Source: a virus
Lineage: Duplodnaviria; Caudoviricetes
Direction: 5' to 3' (one strand)
Length of the DNA stretch: 37,727 bases
Virus record (IMG/VR): IMGVR_UViG_3300043473_000002
Coordinates: 1-37,727 of that record
Shown: positions 35,028-37,727 of the stretch, in pieces
How positions within the stretch are numbered: position 1 is the first letter of the stretch
Layout of the letters: every line of letters starts with the position of its first letter
Translations under genes and position numbers: made by a program
Notes under the pieces: model-generated
The model's database searches: none
Told to the model about the DNA's origin: nothing
The model's input: only the letters and a program-made list of their open reading frames with translations

Positions 35028-36112
35028 GGGTCTAGTGTCTCAGCTAGAGGCGACCAGCGTTGACTAGTCATCTCATGATCGAAGATGTGTTGTCGCTTGT
35101 CTCTATCACTCTCACAGCAGAACGGGATCAGTGAACAAGAACGAAAGTAACGGTTACAGCTATGTGTATACATAGGAGCATTAACAGGATCATGCTCATA
35201 GGCGTCAATCGTTTCGAGCGTATGTTGTACCCACGTTTGCCACTCATTGAACGACCTCTCATCACGTGATGTTGGATAGCGCATGATACCGTCGCTGTAG
35301 GTGCTAGATTTAGGCACTGGTATCTGTAGCCCCCACATGATGACATCACGCACTGGCACATCGAGCATACACGACAACGCTATGCAGTAGCCTGTCACTT
35401 GGTGGCTAGTGTCAAAGCTATTAGACCACACAGTATCAATGCGGCTACCTGTTTTATTCTCATGGACCTCAGGGATGGGTGAATTAGGTCGCATAGTATC
35501 AGTACAGACACCATCCACGCGACCGATAAAGCGAACAACGGGTTGTTTTGTATCATCGTATATAGTGACATCGAACGGCACCTCCACACCTATAACTGTG
35601 TCTGTCATGATGGGTATGAAGCGACCCAGTGGATAGCGTTGGATGTAGTTGATTGCAGCACTCTCAAGGTTAGACATAGTACGCTTGTTGTCACGTGCAT
35701 CGTCGTAGTAGCCACTAGTCTCTAATAGATTGAGACACATCTGCATACAACGAGTGATGTCGTCTTCACTGCTGTGATAGTATGCAACAGCTTGCTGCCA
35801 ACGCAGTGGATCTTCCTTAGTAGCGAACAGCTTGGTAGCATACTCAGCTACACGTTGAAGCCTACCAGCTTCTTCATCACCGCTCATTACACTTTCAGTT
35901 ATACTATGTATAAGGTCGAAGAAGCGACAACACGCGAACACATCATGCATAGCTCTACCTGCCTCAAGAGGTAGCACTCGTTCTACGCCAGCAGCAAGAT
36001 GCTTACCGTGCCAGCTATTGATCAAGCCCCAACGAGGACATGTGTTGATAGCTGTCATGGTGCTGTAGTCTACCCACGGCAGCGTTGTATCAGTTGTGCG
36101 TTTGATCAGCAT
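35024..36112 (-). CDS. PD-(D/E)XK exonuclease, Cas4/AddB-like
   Basis: Start revised to ATG 36112 (GGAGGAG RBS). CPR, VEVPF, GRVDG, HENKT, HQVTGY and C-terminal C-x6-C-x5-C. Confidence 0.85.
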   Translation of the reverse strand: MLIKRTTDTTLPWVDYSTMTAINTCPRWGLINSWHGKHLAAGVERVLPLEAGRAMHDVFACCRFFDLIHSITESVMSGDEEAGRLQRVAEYATKLFATKEDPLRWQQAVAYYHSSEDDITRCMQMCLNLLETSGYYDDARDNKRTMSNLESAAINYIQRYPLGRFIPIMTDTVIGVEVPFDVTIYDDTKQPVVRFIGRVDGVCTDTMRPNSPIPEVHENKTGSRIDTVWSNSFDTSHQVTGYCIALSCMLDVPVRDVIMWGLQIPVPKSSTYSDGIMRYPTSRDERSFNEWQTWVQHTLETIDAYEHDPVNAPMYTHSCNRYFRSCSLIPFCCESDRDKRQHIFDHEMTSQRWSPLAETLDP

Positions 36113-36227
36113 CGCGTAGCTCCTCCAATCTACGGTGTAAGTCATCACTCTGTGCAGTGATTGGGTATTGGCAGATAGGACATGTACGTAGATGTGTACC
36201 TATAGGCAACATGCGACGGATATTCAC
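36090..36227 (-). CDS. Small hypothetical protein with CPIC motif (45 aa), not in ORF track
   Basis: GTG start with GGAGG RBS and GTGA coupling: MNIRRMLPIGTHLRTCPICQYPITAQSDDLHRRLEELRDADQTHN. Confidence 0.6.
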   Translation of the reverse strand: MNIRRMLPIGTHLRTCPICQYPITAQSDDLHRRLEELRDADQTHN

Positions 36228-36490
36228 TGTATATCCTCCGAAGCTTCGCTATTTGGGTGCATGTCATTGCGGACCTTCTCCCAATCACCCTTGAGCTTCT
36301 GTCCGACTGTAGCAATGTCAGCTACGATGTCTGCCATCTTGTTCATAGCTACTACTAGAGATGCCATCTCCTGACGCAGCATCTCATTGTCTTCAGCAAG
36401 TAGCTCAAGTGTCTTTACTGTACCTGCCTCCATGCCGAGGGTACGGAGTGTATGTCGAACGTCCCGCGCCCGTTGGACGTAGTTCACCAT
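36224..36490 (-). CDS. Hypothetical coiled-coil protein
   Basis: GGAG RBS, 88 aa, heptad pattern. Confidence 0.75.
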   Translation of the reverse strand: MVNYVQRARDVRHTLRTLGMEAGTVKTLELLAEDNEMLRQEMASLVVAMNKMADIVADIATVGQKLKGDWEKVRNDMHPNSEASEDIQ

Positions 36491-36818
36491 CGTCAGTCTC
36501 CATCTGGAATGAGTTAGCTCTAGCGTTGAGGATGAGTTCGATCATCTGCTGTGGCGTGTAGATATACTGTGTATACCCTAGAGCGTTGCAGATGAGTAGT
36601 CGGTTGGTAGTGATGTAGTACTGAATACGACGACCTTGGAACAAGAAGCGTACTGTGCCTGTGTCGTCGTTGTGAGTTGCGCCGCGGATCATGTGATTGC
36701 GATCCACAGCTTGTAGTAAGAGAGGCATATAGTGGTCGATACTCTTATGCTTACGCTGCTTCTGTTGTAAGCGCACGGTGTCAAGGCGTTGACGTACTTC
36801 GGGACTAACCTTTGTCAT
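36405..36818 (-). CDS. Hypothetical basic protein
   Basis: Starts a few bases after the upstream stop. The 3' 86 nt overlap the next gene. Confidence 0.6.
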   Translation of the reverse strand: MTKVSPEVRQRLDTVRLQQKQRKHKSIDHYMPLLLQAVDRNHMIRGATHNDDTGTVRFLFQGRRIQYYITTNRLLICNALGYTQYIYTPQQMIELILNARANSFQMETDDGELRPTGAGRSTYTPYPRHGGRYSKDT

Positions 36819-36822
36819 GTGT

Positions 36823-37197
36823 CTATGCCCCCGGCTTGGTTATATCAACATCGGTGTGTTGCAGTGCGAGTGCACGTAGACCATAGATGAGTTCTTCAAG
36901 CTTCTCAAGGGCTTTGTCGGCCTTCTCCACTTGGCGTTGTACTTGTTCAGCCTTCTTCTCTATGCGGATAGCGATGGCAACTGTGGTAGCTTCGCGGCGT
37001 GCTATATCAGCCCGCTTAAGGATCTCCACAGCCTTCATGCGCCGTTCGCGTAGGTGTTGTAGATATACATCCTGTTCAACGTCAGTCATGTTGAGGATGG
37101 ACTTGGGATTGATAGGATCATCAGCAGCAACGCCAACCTTAGTGCTGGGTGCACTAGGTTGGCGCAGCTTGACGACTTTGTTGTCGTCGTCGGTCAT
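36823..37197 (-). CDS. Hypothetical coiled-coil protein
   Basis: 124 aa, E/K/R/A-rich helix, operon spacing. Confidence 0.75.
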   Translation of the reverse strand: MTDDDNKVVKLRQPSAPSTKVGVAADDPINPKSILNMTDVEQDVYLQHLRERRMKAVEILKRADIARREATTVAIAIRIEKKAEQVQRQVEKADKALEKLEELIYGLRALALQHTDVDITKPGA

Positions 37198-37203
37198 TGC
37201 ATG

Positions 37204-37650
37204 TTACTCGCGTTGAGTGGTGATAGTCAGAGCGGGAGTGTGCTTCTTCTCTGCACTCTTGATGGCTTCATCAATGAGTACAGCCTTCACACCTAGCTTG
37301 ATCAACTCAGTACGCAAGTCATTGGCACTAGCACTTACAACTGGTTTGTTGACTGCAAGTTGCACAGACCAATCAACACCCATGATGCTCTTAGTAATCT
37401 TCGTCATAGTCTCAGCAGCACGACCACGTAGCAAGGCGATGTCATCTTCATGAGCATCTACGATGGTACGCTTAGCAGCGTCGTAGCGTTTGTCAGCTTG
37501 CTGACGTAACAAGTTGGCTACCATGAACTCCGCAGCAGCTCTATCGAGGGCATCTTGAGCTGTCTTAGGAGTTGGGAAGTCATGTATACACTGTGCAACT
37601 CTAGCTTCCAATGGTAGGACTTCTTCCTCTTTCATCTTAGCCTTAGCCAT
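37204..37650 (-). CDS. Hypothetical early protein
   Basis: Start revised to ATG 37650 (MAKAKMKEE) after GAGGAG, downstream of the promoter at 37681. Confidence 0.8.
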   Translation of the reverse strand: MAKAKMKEEEVLPLEARVAQCIHDFPTPKTAQDALDRAAAEFMVANLLRQQADKRYDAAKRTIVDAHEDDIALLRGRAAETMTKITKSIMGVDWSVQLAVNKPVVSASANDLRTELIKLGVKAVLIDEAIKSAEKKHTPALTITTQRE

Positions 37651-37680
37651 ATAGCTCTCCTCTCTCTTTGTTAATACCCT

Positions 37681-37708
37681 ATTATAGCACACACACAGGC
37701 AGACGCAA
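37681..37708 (-). promoter_or_regulatory. Putative early promoter
   Basis: aacTTGCGTCTG-N-TGTGcTATAATag, twin of 34900-34927. Confidence 0.75.
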
Positions 37709-37727
37709 GTTACTCACTTCTCAACTT

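Larger units (their letters stand above)
1..37727. mobile_element. Tailed dsDNA bacteriophage genome segment (podovirus-like), no lysogeny genes visible
   Basis: Order TerS-TerL-portal-scaffold-MCP-adaptor-nozzle-fibre-GNAT-ejection proteins, convergent with a PolA/helicase/recombination block. No tape measure, sheath or host housekeeping genes. Confidence 0.97.

Noticed and set aside
35024-36112. Cas4-like gene as sign of a CRISPR-Cas locus
   Set aside because: No repeat-spacer array or other cas genes. The Sak4/SSB context indicates a recombination exonuclease.

Overview
Most of the genome of a tailed dsDNA phage with podovirus-like architecture, in two convergent blocks. The + strand (about 520-29220) is a late/morphogenesis operon: an ADP-ribosyltransferase-like protein, small and large terminase, portal, scaffold, major capsid, tail adaptor and nozzle, tail fibre and chaperone, small membrane proteins, a GNAT acyltransferase and four internal virion (ejection) proteins, one carrying both a lysozyme-fold and an M15 peptidase domain. 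The - strand (29207-37650) is an early/replication block: a family A DNA polymerase fused to a degenerate family-4 UDG domain, a RecD2/Dda-like helicase, an SSB-like protein, a Sak4-like ATPase, a Cas4-like nuclease and small unknown genes with repeated sigma70-type promoters. Bases 1-480 are a non-coding, hairpin-rich divergent promoter region. I found no tRNA, CRISPR array, integrase, primase, RNA polymerase or stand-alone endolysin, so the genome probably continues past the window. Five small ORFs absent from the supplied track were read by hand and several starts were revised using RBS and stop-start overlaps. All product calls come from motif recognition and gene order, not database searches.
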